Positions 1 to 10,113 of a stretch of DNA of 64,000 nucleotides are shown here, piece after piece. Numbering within the stretch: the first letter of the stretch is position 1; each line of letters begins with the position of its first letter. The stretch is from Candidatus Jordarchaeales archaeon (GTDB taxonomy: Archaea > Asgardarchaeota > Jordiarchaeia > Jordiarchaeales > Freyrarchaeaceae). The notes beneath the pieces were generated by a model, which was not told the origin of the DNA, ran no database searches, and saw only the letters and a program-made list of their open reading frames with translations. A program made the translations under genes and the position numbers. The stretch covers positions 193,673 to 257,672 of the forward strand of contig JAWAHN010000003.1 of NCBI GenBank assembly GCA_038889235.1, given 5' to 3'.

Positions 1-88
1 GGGGAAGCTTTGGCTGGGAAGGTTTGAGAGTGTTAAAAAGAAGGCGACGGGCGGTTAAAGTTAAAAATGGTTTCGATTAGTCAGCCGT

Positions 89-451
89 CTACTTTAGTGC
101 TGTTGCAACTATCTGTGCGAATGGGTCCATTTCGTGTGCGTCTCCCATTATGATGAGCTTCCAGGTTTTCCTGACTTCTTTTTCGGGTATGGCTCCTGTG
201 AGTATGCCTTTCAGCGTTTCTTCGTCCGACCTGTATATGAGGTCTGGGCTCGGGTATTCGCCTTCCTTAAACCTTGCTCCCTTCTTCGTGAAGACTATGT
301 GGTACGCTTTCTGCACTCCTTTAAGGTCGCCTACCTCGAACTCTATTATCTTCCCGTAGTACTTGTCACCTATCCACTCCCTCACAAGGTCTAGGGCTTT
401 CTCGTTAATTTTACGGGTGAGCTCTTCAAGGAAGGCTTTGAGGTCGCTCAT
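89..451 (-). CDS. hypothetical protein, last gene of a three-gene minus-strand operon
   Basis: 120-aa ORF overlapping the upstream ORF by 4 nt (448..451); no recognisable motif. Confidence 0.3.
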   Translation of the reverse strand: MSDLKAFLEELTRKINEKALDLVREWIGDKYYGKIIEFEVGDLKGVQKAYHIVFTKKGARFKEGEYPSPDLIYRSDEETLKGILTGAIPEKEVRKTWKLIIMGDAHEMDPFAQIVATALK

Positions 452-738
452 CTTCCTTCCTCCACCTTTTTAACCCATTCTTCAGCGGCTTTCCTCACGG
501 CGTCCTCAACGTGGCTGGCCGATATGTCCCCGTATACCTTCTCAACGGCGTCGAGGAACCTCTTGTAAAACGGGTACTCCCACCTGACAATGATCCTGCC
601 CTTCTTGTTTTCCACAAGAGAGATGCCGAGGAACTTCGACTCCTCTCTGAAGTACTCGTACTCGACGTCTTCAAGCTCCAGGACGGGGTACCTTATGAAC
701 TCGGATCCCGGAGCATACCCCTTATACTTCTTCTCCAA
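448..738 (-). CDS. hypothetical protein
   Basis: 96-aa ORF, tightly spaced with neighbours (4-nt gaps or overlaps); no motif recognised. Confidence 0.3.
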   Translation of the reverse strand: MEKKYKGYAPGSEFIRYPVLELEDVEYEYFREESKFLGISLVENKKGRIIVRWEYPFYKRFLDAVEKVYGDISASHVEDAVRKAAEEWVKKVEEGR

Positions 739-741
739 AGA

Positions 742-996
742 TTACACCCCCTGCTTTTTCAGAGCTTTCAATTCCTCCTGGGTTAGTATTACTTGCCCCG
801 TTATATACGGCCACTGGATTAGTATTATCTTCCTGTTACCCGGGGCTGAGCCGTAGAAGAGGTATCCGCCTCTGTTCCTAGTGTACTCTGAGAGGATGAG
901 CTTGCAGACTGCTTCCAGTGGTAAATCGCACCACTCAGCCTGTTTCTTCAGCTTTTCCACGACGTCTTGATCTAAATCCACTTTGACCTCAACCAT
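742..996 (-). CDS. hypothetical protein with possible ribbon-helix-helix-like N-terminus
   Basis: 84 aa; N-terminal strand-helix pattern VKVDLDQDVVEKLKKQAE resembles CopG/RHH regulators; 1-nt gap to the nitroreductase stop. Confidence 0.3.
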   Translation of the reverse strand: MVEVKVDLDQDVVEKLKKQAEWCDLPLEAVCKLILSEYTRNRGGYLFYGSAPGNRKIILIQWPYITGQVILTQEELKALKKQGV

Positions 997-997
997 T

Positions 998-1741
998 TTA
1001 CTCTTCCTCCCTGAAGGCTTTCCTTATGTACGGGTTGCCCCATCTCTCCTTGTAGAAGAGCCCTTCAAGTGTTAGGCGTGACGGACCTATCATGCGCTCC
1101 TCTGCCCTCACTCCGATGCTGAGCGTTGCGACGACCTCCCATGACCTCGGGATCCCGAGCCTGTCAGCTAGGAGCTCTCTTCTCCTCGGATCCATTATCG
1201 GGAAAGCCTGGTAGCCTGCACCGTACCCTAGGGCTGTCGCCATAAGCCACATTTTCATGAGGGCCATTCCGACGCATATCGAGCCGAAGAAGCTGAGAGG
1301 GTAGAGTACCGGTGAGTCGTGGAACGACTCAGAGGCGCAGGCGACGATTACCACGTCGGCGTACCTTGGGTACTCGAAGAGGCTACCATCCCTCATCTCG
1401 GTGAACGTCCAAGGCCTCCTGTCGGGAGGAACGTACCATATTCTCCCCTGGGTGAGCTCGGCTGGAAACGTTCCGAAAGTTTCCTTTGCAGCTTCAACGG
1501 CTAGGTCGGCTATCAGGTCCTTTGTCTCCTGGTCGTCTCTCACTATGACGAAGCGGTACATTTGCATGTTCTCGGGTGAAGGCGTGTACCTTGCAGCGTC
1601 AAGGATTTTCTCCAAATCCTCGTCCGGTATTCTCTCCCCGGTATACCTCCTAATCGAGCGCCTCAGCCTTATCGCGTCCTGCACGGTTACGGGGACGTTC
1701 TTGCTGGGCTTCCCGTACTTCCACTCCTTCTTCATAGGCAT
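998..1741 (-). CDS. nitroreductase family protein
   Basis: 247 aa; N-terminal RRSIRRY...PSPENMQ motif typical of the NADH/FMN nitroreductase fold. Confidence 0.65.
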   Translation of the reverse strand: MPMKKEWKYGKPSKNVPVTVQDAIRLRRSIRRYTGERIPDEDLEKILDAARYTPSPENMQMYRFVIVRDDQETKDLIADLAVEAAKETFGTFPAELTQGRIWYVPPDRRPWTFTEMRDGSLFEYPRYADVVIVACASESFHDSPVLYPLSFFGSICVGMALMKMWLMATALGYGAGYQAFPIMDPRRRELLADRLGIPRSWEVVATLSIGVRAEERMIGPSRLTLEGLFYKERWGNPYIRKAFREEE

Positions 1742-1907
1742 TCCTCCCTAACACGGATGTCAAAACTTCATCAAGTAAATGAACTTAAAAACTTGACTGA
1801 AAAAGCCTCTTCAAAGCTGCAAGCAGAGAGACCGTAGGCGCCGCCTCACGGCAACCTTAATGTAGCAGACTGACTTCTGTAATCGAGAGCCTTAGGAGGC
1901 GCTTGCT

Positions 1908-2108
1908 TTGAGTGGCAGAGTCAGAGTGGATGCTGGGCGGTGTGCGGGCACTAGGAGGTGTGGTGTCTGCCTACTAGTTTGCCCCGCCGGGTGTTTCGCC
2001 GTCGACGAGAGAAGTAAGAAGGTCGTGGTTGTCAACGAAGACGCCTGCATGGAGTGCTACGCGTGCAAGGTGCAGTGTAGGCACAACGCGATCGAGCTGG
2101 GCTTCTAG
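1908..2108 (+). CDS. 4Fe-4S ferredoxin
   Basis: 66 aa with two CxxCxxCxxxC(P) clusters (CGVCLLVCPAGC; CMECYACKVQC). Confidence 0.6.
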   Translation: MSGRVRVDAGRCAGTRRCGVCLLVCPAGCFAVDERSKKVVVVNEDACMECYACKVQCRHNAIELGF

Positions 2109-3007
2109 AGAAACTTCAATGCTTCTTCGACATTGTTAACTAGGTTGCTTAGCTTTGAAGCTAGCTTGCCGCTGTCCGACACCTCCCTAGAAGTGAGAGC
2201 AGGGATCCTTACCACTCTTTCAGGCTTCAGGAGGTCAACGATGTTTCTAGCCTCGAGGTTCCTCGGATCCCTTGACGGTGCGGCGGCTGCTTCGACCGCT
2301 CTCTTGAAACGCTCACCGTCATATATGAACACTACTCCCGGAGCGACGCCAAGAGCCAGGTTGAAGCTCAGCTCCGGGTCTGGGCAGACCGCGTCGTTGA
2401 ACCCCTCGACGACCACGACGTCACTCCTCCGGCACACAGCATTGTAGCAGCTTATTATCGCTGCGTGCGCATGCTGGACATAAACTCTATTCCACTCCTC
2501 AAGGCTTTCGACCACGACCACCCGGCTAGCTTTTCTTCTAAGCTCTTCGATGTAATCCCAGTCTTTGAAGATCAGGCAGTCCTTTCCAAGGTTTACCCCG
2601 TTCAGGCAAAGGGTAACCTTAAGCGAGCCGTCGAAAAACGTGTAGCGTTCAGCAACCAAGCTGAGAAAGGGGTCAGCGAAGTGGAGCTCGACAAGCCGCA
2701 AGTTGAGGGTTAGCCTATCAGGGGGGCTGAAAAGTGCGTCGACGGGATTGAGGACCTCGAGGGGGAGCATGTTGCACTCGCACGCTTCAGCGAGGCGGAG
2801 CACATCCCAAGAGTAGAGGCGTCCCTCCTCGCGGCACTTAGCGTAGACTTCGTGGTGGTACCAGTAGCTGTGCCCGGACCTAGGCTTGAAAACCCCAACC
2901 TTCCACCCTTTAAGATGCAGCCCCCTAGCTATAGCCATGCACACAGTAGTCTTCCCGGAGGATTCAGGTAGAAGACCGAAAACGAAGACAGATAGCAACT
3001 CGCCCAC
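2105..3007 (-). CDS. P-loop NTPase, CbiA/BioD-like family (uncertain)
   Basis: 300 aa; N-terminal GLLPESSGKTT Walker A followed by KPRSG resembles dethiobiotin synthetase/CbiA-type nucleotide-binding domains. Confidence 0.3.
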   Translation of the reverse strand: MGELLSVFVFGLLPESSGKTTVCMAIARGLHLKGWKVGVFKPRSGHSYWYHHEVYAKCREEGRLYSWDVLRLAEACECNMLPLEVLNPVDALFSPPDRLTLNLRLVELHFADPFLSLVAERYTFFDGSLKVTLCLNGVNLGKDCLIFKDWDYIEELRRKASRVVVVESLEEWNRVYVQHAHAAIISCYNAVCRRSDVVVVEGFNDAVCPDPELSFNLALGVAPGVVFIYDGERFKRAVEAAAAPSRDPRNLEARNIVDLLKPERVVRIPALTSREVSDSGKLASKLSNLVNNVEEALKFL

Positions 3008-3114
3008 CGCCCATCAACAAGAGAAAAATAAGAGGAAACTCTTTTCTTCCAGCAGCTTCCCCGGCTAGCAGACTGGCGCGACACGCCTCTCTACTAAAAA
3101 ATTCTTCAGGACGC

Positions 3115-4290
3115 CTATATTGTTTTCCTGTTAAACAATTTTGCCGCAAGGTATAGCAAGGCGGCTGCTGGGCAGACTAGGTAGGCGAAAGAAAGCAGGG
3201 GGTTATAGGGGAGACCTTGTAAGAACTTGAGTAGCGTAAACACTATAAATGCTTGGGGTAGCAGTTCGCCTCCCTGGACGAGGAGACTAACCGGAAAACT
3301 TATGAAAGCTTCCATCAGGATCCGGCTGGGGTCAAACGACGTAATATTCCAGACCCCACTAGCCAAACCACTGAAAAAGTGGATCAGCGTTAGGAGATGG
3401 CCAAATGGAAGGAAGTAGATTGTTAACATTCCTCCTCTAATATGGAGGATGAAAATCAACTGGTTGAGAAGTATTTGTTGAATATAGGTCGTTGGCATAC
3501 CCGGAGACCCAAGGAGAAGCGTGACCAAGGATATTGCGCTTGCCCCTATACTTTCGAGCGGCGAGGGTCCTATAGTGTACTGAAGTATAAACGTGCAGCT
3601 GAAGAGTAAGAAGAAGGGTACAAAAAGCGTCATACGGGGAAAGTAAATGTTAATTAATGCTATTATTGCTTGAGCGAAAAGCAGGAAGAAAAAGAGGGGC
3701 AGTATTATAACGTGTAGGGGGGTTAACCAGTCAATTAACGAGCTAAAAGGGGTCAGTAAAGCCGAATTGTAAATATACAGTCTTAGGATGTATACTAGAA
3801 GGGTGGCTAGGAGCGAATATAGAAGTGCACTTACTATACTTCTGAAGACGAGAAGCTTACCCCTATCAGCTCTCACAAACAGGTAAACCTCTTCGCTCTT
3901 TATTCTGCTAGTGCGCGTCAAAGCAAAGATTACAACAACTGACATGAGCACGGTAAGTATAAACTGGAAGCTGAACGATATGCTTACAATGTCACCTTTA
4001 AGGAGGAGCAGAAATGCAACATACCCTCTTAGTGGGTCTGGAAAAGCCCCAAGCACTTTGTAAGCTAACTCCAACTGAGTTGAGTAGTACCTCACATGGA
4101 GGGGGAAATATTGCCCTGCGATGAGTTCTTGAAACAGTTGGCTGATTCTTTGAAGGAGCTGTGAGGTATTGGTCGCTATCATGAATAATGGAGTGAAAAT
4201 TAATATGAGTATGATGTTTACTGGTAGGGCTTTAACGAATCTTTTTAGCTCGTATCTGGTCATTGCTTTGAGTCTTATTTGCCAGGTCAA
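3115..4290 (-). CDS. ABC-2 type transporter permease
   Basis: 391 aa, highly hydrophobic multi-pass; 4-nt overlap with the upstream ABC ATPase gene. Confidence 0.5.
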   Translation of the reverse strand: MTWQIRLKAMTRYELKRFVKALPVNIILILIFTPLFMIATNTSQLLQRISQLFQELIAGQYFPLHVRYYSTQLELAYKVLGAFPDPLRGYVAFLLLLKGDIVSISFSFQFILTVLMSVVVIFALTRTSRIKSEEVYLFVRADRGKLLVFRSIVSALLYSLLATLLVYILRLYIYNSALLTPFSSLIDWLTPLHVIILPLFFFLLFAQAIIALINIYFPRMTLFVPFFLLFSCTFILQYTIGPSPLESIGASAISLVTLLLGSPGMPTTYIQQILLNQLIFILHIRGGMLTIYFLPFGHLLTLIHFFSGLASGVWNITSFDPSRILMEAFISFPVSLLVQGGELLPQAFIVFTLLKFLQGLPYNPLLSFAYLVCPAAALLYLAAKLFNRKTI

Positions 4291-5261
4291 GCTTGGTCGC
4301 CCTCGACTAGTTTTAGGAAGATGTCTTCGAGTTCTCTTCCAAGTTCCTTTAGCTCGTAGACGAATATGTTGGCCTCGTTGTAGGCTTCCACTAGGTTGGT
4401 CCAGAGTTTTTTCGGGTCCGTTGTTGATGCCTCCACTCCCAGCTCGGTGACTTTTGCATCTATGCCTGCCTCTTTGAGAAGGCTTGCAAGTTTTTCGTTG
4501 TTGTCGCTGCTGATGACGTATGAGTGTTTCTCCACTTTGACTATGTTCTTCAGCTCGGTGATCTTCGTCTGGACTATGAGGCGACCCTTGTTTATTATTG
4601 CGACGTGGTCTGCCACTTTTTCAACCTCGTGGAGAATGTGACTGTTGAGGAAAATAGTGCGTTCCTTGCTGAGGTTGCGGATGAGTTCAAGTATTTCTGC
4701 TCTGCCTATTGGGTCTAGGTTAGCGGTGGGCTCATCTAAGAAGACGACTTCGGGGTCGCCCATGAGAGCGTTCGCTAGAAGCCACCTTTTGAACATGCCC
4801 ATGCTAAACTTGGAGACTTTCTTGTTCCTCACATCCCAGAGGCCGACGAGCTCGAGCAACTCTTCAGCCTGCTTCTTCAGACTTCTCATGTCCCGCGCGC
4901 TGTTGAAGCTTGCTAGCGTGACAAGGTAGCTGAGCGCCTTCTCCTTCGGCTTAGGGAAGTACTCTGGCAGGAAGCCGACCACGTTCCTAACGTTCTCCAT
5001 GTCGCGTTTGATGTCCCACCCCATAATCGTGGCGGTCCCCTCTGTTGGGGGAGTTAAGCCGACCAGCATCTTAACAGTAGTTGTTTTGCCAGCACCGTTC
5101 GGGCCCAAAAAGCCGAAAACACACTTCTCGGGAACTTTAATGTTGAGCCTATCAACAGCAACAAGCTTCGAGTAAACCTTCGTTAAATCGAAGGTTTCAA
5201 CAGCAATTGACAATAAAACCCCCCTCCACCTAGGGGCTACATTGCCACCAAAATAACACAA
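4287..5261 (-). CDS. ABC transporter ATP-binding protein
   Basis: Walker A GPNGAGKTTT, signature/Walker B region LDEPTANLDP. Confidence 0.75.
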   Translation of the reverse strand: MCYFGGNVAPRWRGVLLSIAVETFDLTKVYSKLVAVDRLNIKVPEKCVFGFLGPNGAGKTTTVKMLVGLTPPTEGTATIMGWDIKRDMENVRNVVGFLPEYFPKPKEKALSYLVTLASFNSARDMRSLKKQAEELLELVGLWDVRNKKVSKFSMGMFKRWLLANALMGDPEVVFLDEPTANLDPIGRAEILELIRNLSKERTIFLNSHILHEVEKVADHVAIINKGRLIVQTKITELKNIVKVEKHSYVISSDNNEKLASLLKEAGIDAKVTELGVEASTTDPKKLWTNLVEAYNEANIFVYELKELGRELEDIFLKLVEGDQA

Positions 5262-5306
5262 TTAGTCTAATAGGTTTTGACGGATTATTTATCTTTTTTG
5301 GTTTTG

Positions 5307-6014
5307 TCATATGTCGCGAAGGTTCTTTATTTTTGGAAATTTTTTCACGGTAACTCCTGGCTCAACGAGGTATGGTGTGAATTCTCCGACGTCTGTGAAT
5401 TTTAGCAGTGGGGACATGTAGTCCCGTTCTTTGTTCATGAGGGTTCCGGTGGCTAGGGGGTGCATTGATGGTAATACTACCAGCTCTTTTTCAGCGTAGT
5501 CCCCCATGAGGAAGGCTTTGTACCTGAACTTTGTCCCGAACTCGTCCCTTAATAGTACTGAGGGGTGCTCGTGCCCTATTACTATTCTCTCAGCGGTTTG
5601 TGATGGGAGGCGGTGGCCGTGAAGGAAAAGGTAATCGCCTATTTTGACTTCGAGCTCCAACGGCAGCTCGTACTTCTTCATTAGGGTTACTATGAAGTTG
5701 TCGTGGTTTCCTCGGACAAATGCCAGCTTCACTTTCTCCTTTAGAAGGGTTTCTATGAGGTCTCTGACTTCAACCCACTCTTGCAGGCTTGCTTCTCCGA
5801 ACTCGTGCTTAAAGTCCCCGTTGATAACCAGAATGTCAGGGGAGTGGACGTTTATCATTTCGAGGATCATTTCCTTTATTTTTGGGTACTGGCTGGCTAT
5901 GAAGAGCCCCTCTTCCCTCAACACCTCCTCGTACCCTAGGTGTAGGTCAGCTACGACGAGCACGCCTACCTCTTCTATCAGGAGGCCCAAGTTTTCTAGG
6001 GGTTTTCCCCACAA
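5307..6014 (-). CDS. metallophosphoesterase (calcineurin-like), Lhr-associated MPE
   Basis: DLHLG, GDFKHE, GNHDN, HGH, GHEHP motifs; start overlaps the Lhr stop by 19 nt. Confidence 0.7.
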   Translation of the reverse strand: MWGKPLENLGLLIEEVGVLVVADLHLGYEEVLREEGLFIASQYPKIKEMILEMINVHSPDILVINGDFKHEFGEASLQEWVEVRDLIETLLKEKVKLAFVRGNHDNFIVTLMKKYELPLELEVKIGDYLFLHGHRLPSQTAERIVIGHEHPSVLLRDEFGTKFRYKAFLMGDYAEKELVVLPSMHPLATGTLMNKERDYMSPLLKFTDVGEFTPYLVEPGVTVKKFPKIKNLRDI

Positions 6015-8536
6015 GAGGATGCCTCCACTACTTTCTGGTAGAGGTATTCCAGTAGCTTGAGCCTGTCCTCCATCAATATGACGTCTGACAACCCTGAGAG
6101 GTATACTCCGTGGGCTAGGGGGCTTGGGACAGGGGTTTTCACGTGGACTATCTCCAGTTCTCCTCGCTCTATTGACTTTAACACCTCGATGGCGTTTTTG
6201 ATGTCCATGACGTCTTCCATGATCTCCCTCTCGGTCTCTTTAAGTATGGGGAACCCGTCGATCTCGGATACCGCCCTCAGGAGGGCTTCCGCGTTCCTTA
6301 TCTGTCTCTTCGCCCCTATTTCGTAACCCTTGTAGTTTCTGAGGACCATGAAGCTTCTCGTTGCGACGTGGCGGAACCTTCTCTTGAACATCTCGGTGTT
6401 TCTTATGGCCTTGGACAGTATCTCCCTTAGGTTGGATGAGGAAACCTTGCTCACGAGGAGGCGCGCGTCAACCCTTCTTCGCGGAATAGTGAGCATGAAG
6501 CCGTGGTCGGTGACTGAGACCCCGACGTTGACCCCGAGCTCCTTGCTCACAACCCAGGCATATGCTCTTGACAGAGCGTCGTTGACCCTCCTGCCGAAGA
6601 GGAACAGGAAGAGGAGGTTTTGCCGCCCGTCTTCGTCCTCGAACTCCTCTACTAGCAGGCTTCTTCCGTTAACCTCCACCCCAAGTTTCCCGAGGAAATC
6701 CTTTTCAAGCTTCAAGATGTCTAGGATTGCGTCGGCCGCCCACCTACTAACTCTGTACTCCTTCTCCAGCGTCTCCCTGTCTATTTCTCCTTTGAAAACG
6801 CGCTCTATGAATCGCCTAATCTCGCATGCCAGGTCGAAGCTTAGTGGTAGCATTTCGCTGAACCATGAGGGTATTGTCGGCTTCTTCCCCTTGGCGTCCT
6901 TCACGTAAGCGTTGAGCCCGCTTGCCTTCACAAACTCGTACACTCTTCCTCCTAGCACAAATATGTCCCCTGGTTCAAGCCTTTCAAGAAACTCTTCTTC
7001 GATGTTTCCAACGTACCTCTTCCCGGGGAGCGAGTAAACTTTTATTGCCACCTCGTCGGGTATCGTTCCGATGTTGAGCATGTAGATCACCTTCGCGTAC
7101 TTCCCTCTTCTGCCGAAAACCCTGTCGTGCTCGTCGTACCAAATCTTACCGTAAACCTTGTACGGCTCGAGACCATATCCGCCTGACAGGTATCTGAGGA
7201 CGCTCTCGAAGTCCTCCCACGAGAGACTCCTGAAACTATAGGATCTTCTCACAAGGTTGAAGGCCTCCTCAGCGCTCCACTTCTTTTCAAGGGCCATGCC
7301 AACAAGGTGCTGGGCGAGCACGTCGAGCGCGTTCTGTGGATGAGAAGTTCTGTCTAGGATGCCGTCGTAGGCGCACTTGACCATTACAGCGCACTCTAAC
7401 AGGTCGTCGTGGCTCATGCAGAGAAGTATCCCCTTAGAGACATCTCTAATCCTGTGGCCCGCTCTCCCTATCCTTTGGAGACATCTCGTGATGCTTTTTG
7501 GAGATCCTATCTGGACAACGCAGTCAATGTAACCTATGTCTATCCCCAGCTCGAGGCTTGTCGAGCTGACTACGACCTTCAGCTCTCCATTTTTCAGCCT
7601 CTCCTCAACGCTCAGCCTGATGTCCCTTGAAAGACTGCCGTGATGCGTCCCGATTAAGTCAACGTCAACGCTGTCCTGAAGGTGGAAGGCGACCTTCTCT
7701 GCTCCGGAGCGAGTGTTCGTGAAAACCAGCGTCGTCCGGTGCTCGTCTATTATCTCGCTTAGCCTCCTATACATTTCCCTGTTAAGGCTTTCAGCGTCAA
7801 TGTGTATGAGGTCTTGGGTGGGAACCTCAACTCTGATGTCCTTCTCCTTGGCGTACGCCGCGTTAACGACGACGCAGCTCCTACCCTCCCCGACGAGGAA
7901 GCGCGCAACCTCATCCAGCGGCCATATTGTAGCTGAGAGGCCTATTCTTTGGAACGAGGTTTGGTAGTTCAGCCTCTCTAGGCTCAACGAGAGGTGGGCG
8001 CCTCTCTTGCTTTCGAAAAGAGCGTGAATTTCGTCGACTATAACCCAGCGCGGCTCCAGTTTGTTCCTGAACCTTGAGGCGTTCAGTATTATAGCCAGGG
8101 TTTCAGGGGTTGTTATCAGTATGTGTGGCGGCTTCTTGAGCATCTTTTGCCTTTCATTCGAGGATGTGTCTCCAGTTCTCACAGAAACTCTCACGAAGTC
8201 AAGACCCATCTCTTCGAGGGGGACGAGCAGGTTGCGCTTGATGTCGTTGTTAAGCGCCCTAAGCGGGCTAACATAGATGGCGTAGACCTTGTCTTCGAGT
8301 ACTCCGTTCCACTCCATGAAGGCAAGCTCACTTATTATGGTAAGGAAGGCTGCGAGAGTCTTGCCTGTCCCAGTTGGACTAGTGATGAGAACATTCTCAC
8401 CCTTATGGATTAACGGGATTGCCATGGACTGTGGAGGGGTGGGTTCAAAGCGGGAGTACCACCTAGCAACCTTCGGGTGTAGGAGGGATAGAATCTCATC
8501 CTTGGAGTAAACTCGGTCAGCGTAACGCACACTCAT
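5996..8536 (-). CDS. lhr: Lhr-like (Lhr-core) superfamily 2 DNA helicase
   Basis: 846 aa; Walker A SPTGTGKT, DEIH box, helicase C motifs (QRIGRAGH); length and MPE partner fit Lhr-core. Confidence 0.75.
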   Translation of the reverse strand: MSVRYADRVYSKDEILSLLHPKVARWYSRFEPTPPQSMAIPLIHKGENVLITSPTGTGKTLAAFLTIISELAFMEWNGVLEDKVYAIYVSPLRALNNDIKRNLLVPLEEMGLDFVRVSVRTGDTSSNERQKMLKKPPHILITTPETLAIILNASRFRNKLEPRWVIVDEIHALFESKRGAHLSLSLERLNYQTSFQRIGLSATIWPLDEVARFLVGEGRSCVVVNAAYAKEKDIRVEVPTQDLIHIDAESLNREMYRRLSEIIDEHRTTLVFTNTRSGAEKVAFHLQDSVDVDLIGTHHGSLSRDIRLSVEERLKNGELKVVVSSTSLELGIDIGYIDCVVQIGSPKSITRCLQRIGRAGHRIRDVSKGILLCMSHDDLLECAVMVKCAYDGILDRTSHPQNALDVLAQHLVGMALEKKWSAEEAFNLVRRSYSFRSLSWEDFESVLRYLSGGYGLEPYKVYGKIWYDEHDRVFGRRGKYAKVIYMLNIGTIPDEVAIKVYSLPGKRYVGNIEEEFLERLEPGDIFVLGGRVYEFVKASGLNAYVKDAKGKKPTIPSWFSEMLPLSFDLACEIRRFIERVFKGEIDRETLEKEYRVSRWAADAILDILKLEKDFLGKLGVEVNGRSLLVEEFEDEDGRQNLLFLFLFGRRVNDALSRAYAWVVSKELGVNVGVSVTDHGFMLTIPRRRVDARLLVSKVSSSNLREILSKAIRNTEMFKRRFRHVATRSFMVLRNYKGYEIGAKRQIRNAEALLRAVSEIDGFPILKETEREIMEDVMDIKNAIEVLKSIERGELEIVHVKTPVPSPLAHGVYLSGLSDVILMEDRLKLLEYLYQKVVEASSCGENP

Positions 8537-9150
8537 ATGGAACGGTTAAGTGGGAAGCCCTATAAGAGTTTCTAAGACGGCGGAGGTATTAAGTGGCCAA
8601 TTTTTCGGCAAAATCCACGTTACCTTTCAAAATTATTGGTTACTGGTGTCCCTCCTGAGAACCAGAACATACTATAACGGTAAACTCTACGTTCCGACAA
8701 GGGTTAGGAGACGCTTGGGTTAGAGGATGGGGACAATTTTGAGATATAGCCCTTAAACCTAAACCCGTAATTCTCCCATACTCTTTCGTCGAGAAGCCGG
8801 CAGTATAAGTCTGAGATACAGGTGATGTGTTGGCTTAATCGGTATATGTGTTGACAGTACTGCAACACCATAGCATCCACGACACTCTAACTCGAGGAGA
8901 GCAGTATAGTTGCTGGGTTGAGTGGTGTGAATGGAAGCACCCCCTCAGGGAGTAAAGACACCTACTAGGTGACCTAGGAGACCAAAAAGGGAACTTATAG
9001 TTAACTTTGCTAAAGCGGCACTATCTCTATGGTGGACTCTAAGCTGCAGACGGGATCGGATGATACCCTTCTAGCTGTAGGCGTATGGAGCTCCCGTGCC
9101 GGCTGGGCGCTGTACCATGGAATAGTGGAAGCAGAGATGACTCATTAGGT

Positions 9151-9495
9151 CTAGAACTCCGGTTCTACGATGACCGCCGTACCGTAGGCCAATATCTCGG
9201 CGGCCCCGGCCATTACAGCTGACGTAGAAAACCTCATAGCTATAATTGCATTGGCTCCCATGCTCTTGGCCTTCTCGATCATCCTCCTCAAAGCTTCATC
9301 CCTTGATCGAGCTAAGAGATCCGTGTACTCTTTAATCTCGCCGCCAACCAAGTTCCTTAATCCTGCCACTATATCGCGGCCCAAGTGCCTAGCCCTCACG
9401 GTACTTCCGCTTACAACTCCTAAAACCTTTCTTATTTTGTAGCCGGGCACGTACTCCGTCGTGGTAACTATGATGTCGCTGACCACTAACACCAC
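9151..9495 (-). CDS. YbjQ/UPF0145 family protein
   Basis: 114 aa; VTTTEYVPGYKI...GRDIVAGLRNLVGGE...ANAIIAMRF matches the YbjQ signature end to end. Confidence 0.7.
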   Translation of the reverse strand: MVLVVSDIIVTTTEYVPGYKIRKVLGVVSGSTVRARHLGRDIVAGLRNLVGGEIKEYTDLLARSRDEALRRMIEKAKSMGANAIIAMRFSTSAVMAGAAEILAYGTAVIVEPEF

Positions 9496-9724
9496 CGCGA
9501 CTTATAGTGGCGAAATTAACATTTATAAATTACTGGAGGAAGCAATGCTAAAGCTAATATCTGGAAGGTCTTCTGCGTGGGCGCGAAGCGCCTTTTAGTC
9601 TGCATTGTGCTGGAGGATGCAAGTACTACTTGAAAAGATGACGCCTTGCTGTATGGGTGACGAGGCGACTCGAAGAACCTCGATGCCGTAACCGTAGTTA
9701 GGGCTTTAGTGGGTAGGGTTCATT

Positions 9725-9742
9725 GAGGCTTACGTAAGCCTC
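9725..9742. repeat. perfect 18-bp palindrome gaggcttacgtaagcctc in ORF-free DNA
   Basis: Read directly; lies in a 600-bp region with stops in all frames. Confidence 0.4.
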
Positions 9743-10113
9743 TAAAATGTGGCCAAGTTCTACTTCGCCGCCACCAGCAGGAGGATGTAAAAAACTCTCA
9801 AATCAAAACTTACGGCTGAAATCTGCACGCCTTCCTCAGGTCGGCTACAAAATGTAAGCTGCAACCAACAGTAGACGGCCATAAAGAGCGTTGTGCTCAG
9901 GTTGGGAAAACAGGCTTAGAGAGGGAAGTTCTTCGACGCGCTACTGGCGTGCACTGCAAGGGGGAGTGTACTGGGAACGTTGAGGACTTTAAGCTTTTTC
10001 ATAAGAGCTGAGAACTCCCCCGGGTGTCACTGGGAGATGGTTGGCAGTTGACCCAGCCACTCGCAGAAACCGAGACGTTAGGGTGGCTGTCGAAGCCTGG
10101 CTGTCGCCCTGTT

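Noticed and set aside
6057-8510. Multiple plus-strand ORFs (e.g. 6348..6908, 7713..7967, 8123..8413) inside the Lhr gene
   Set aside because: They are antisense shadow ORFs within a GC-rich gene that has strong helicase motifs on the other strand. Their translations are low-complexity S/T/R-rich.
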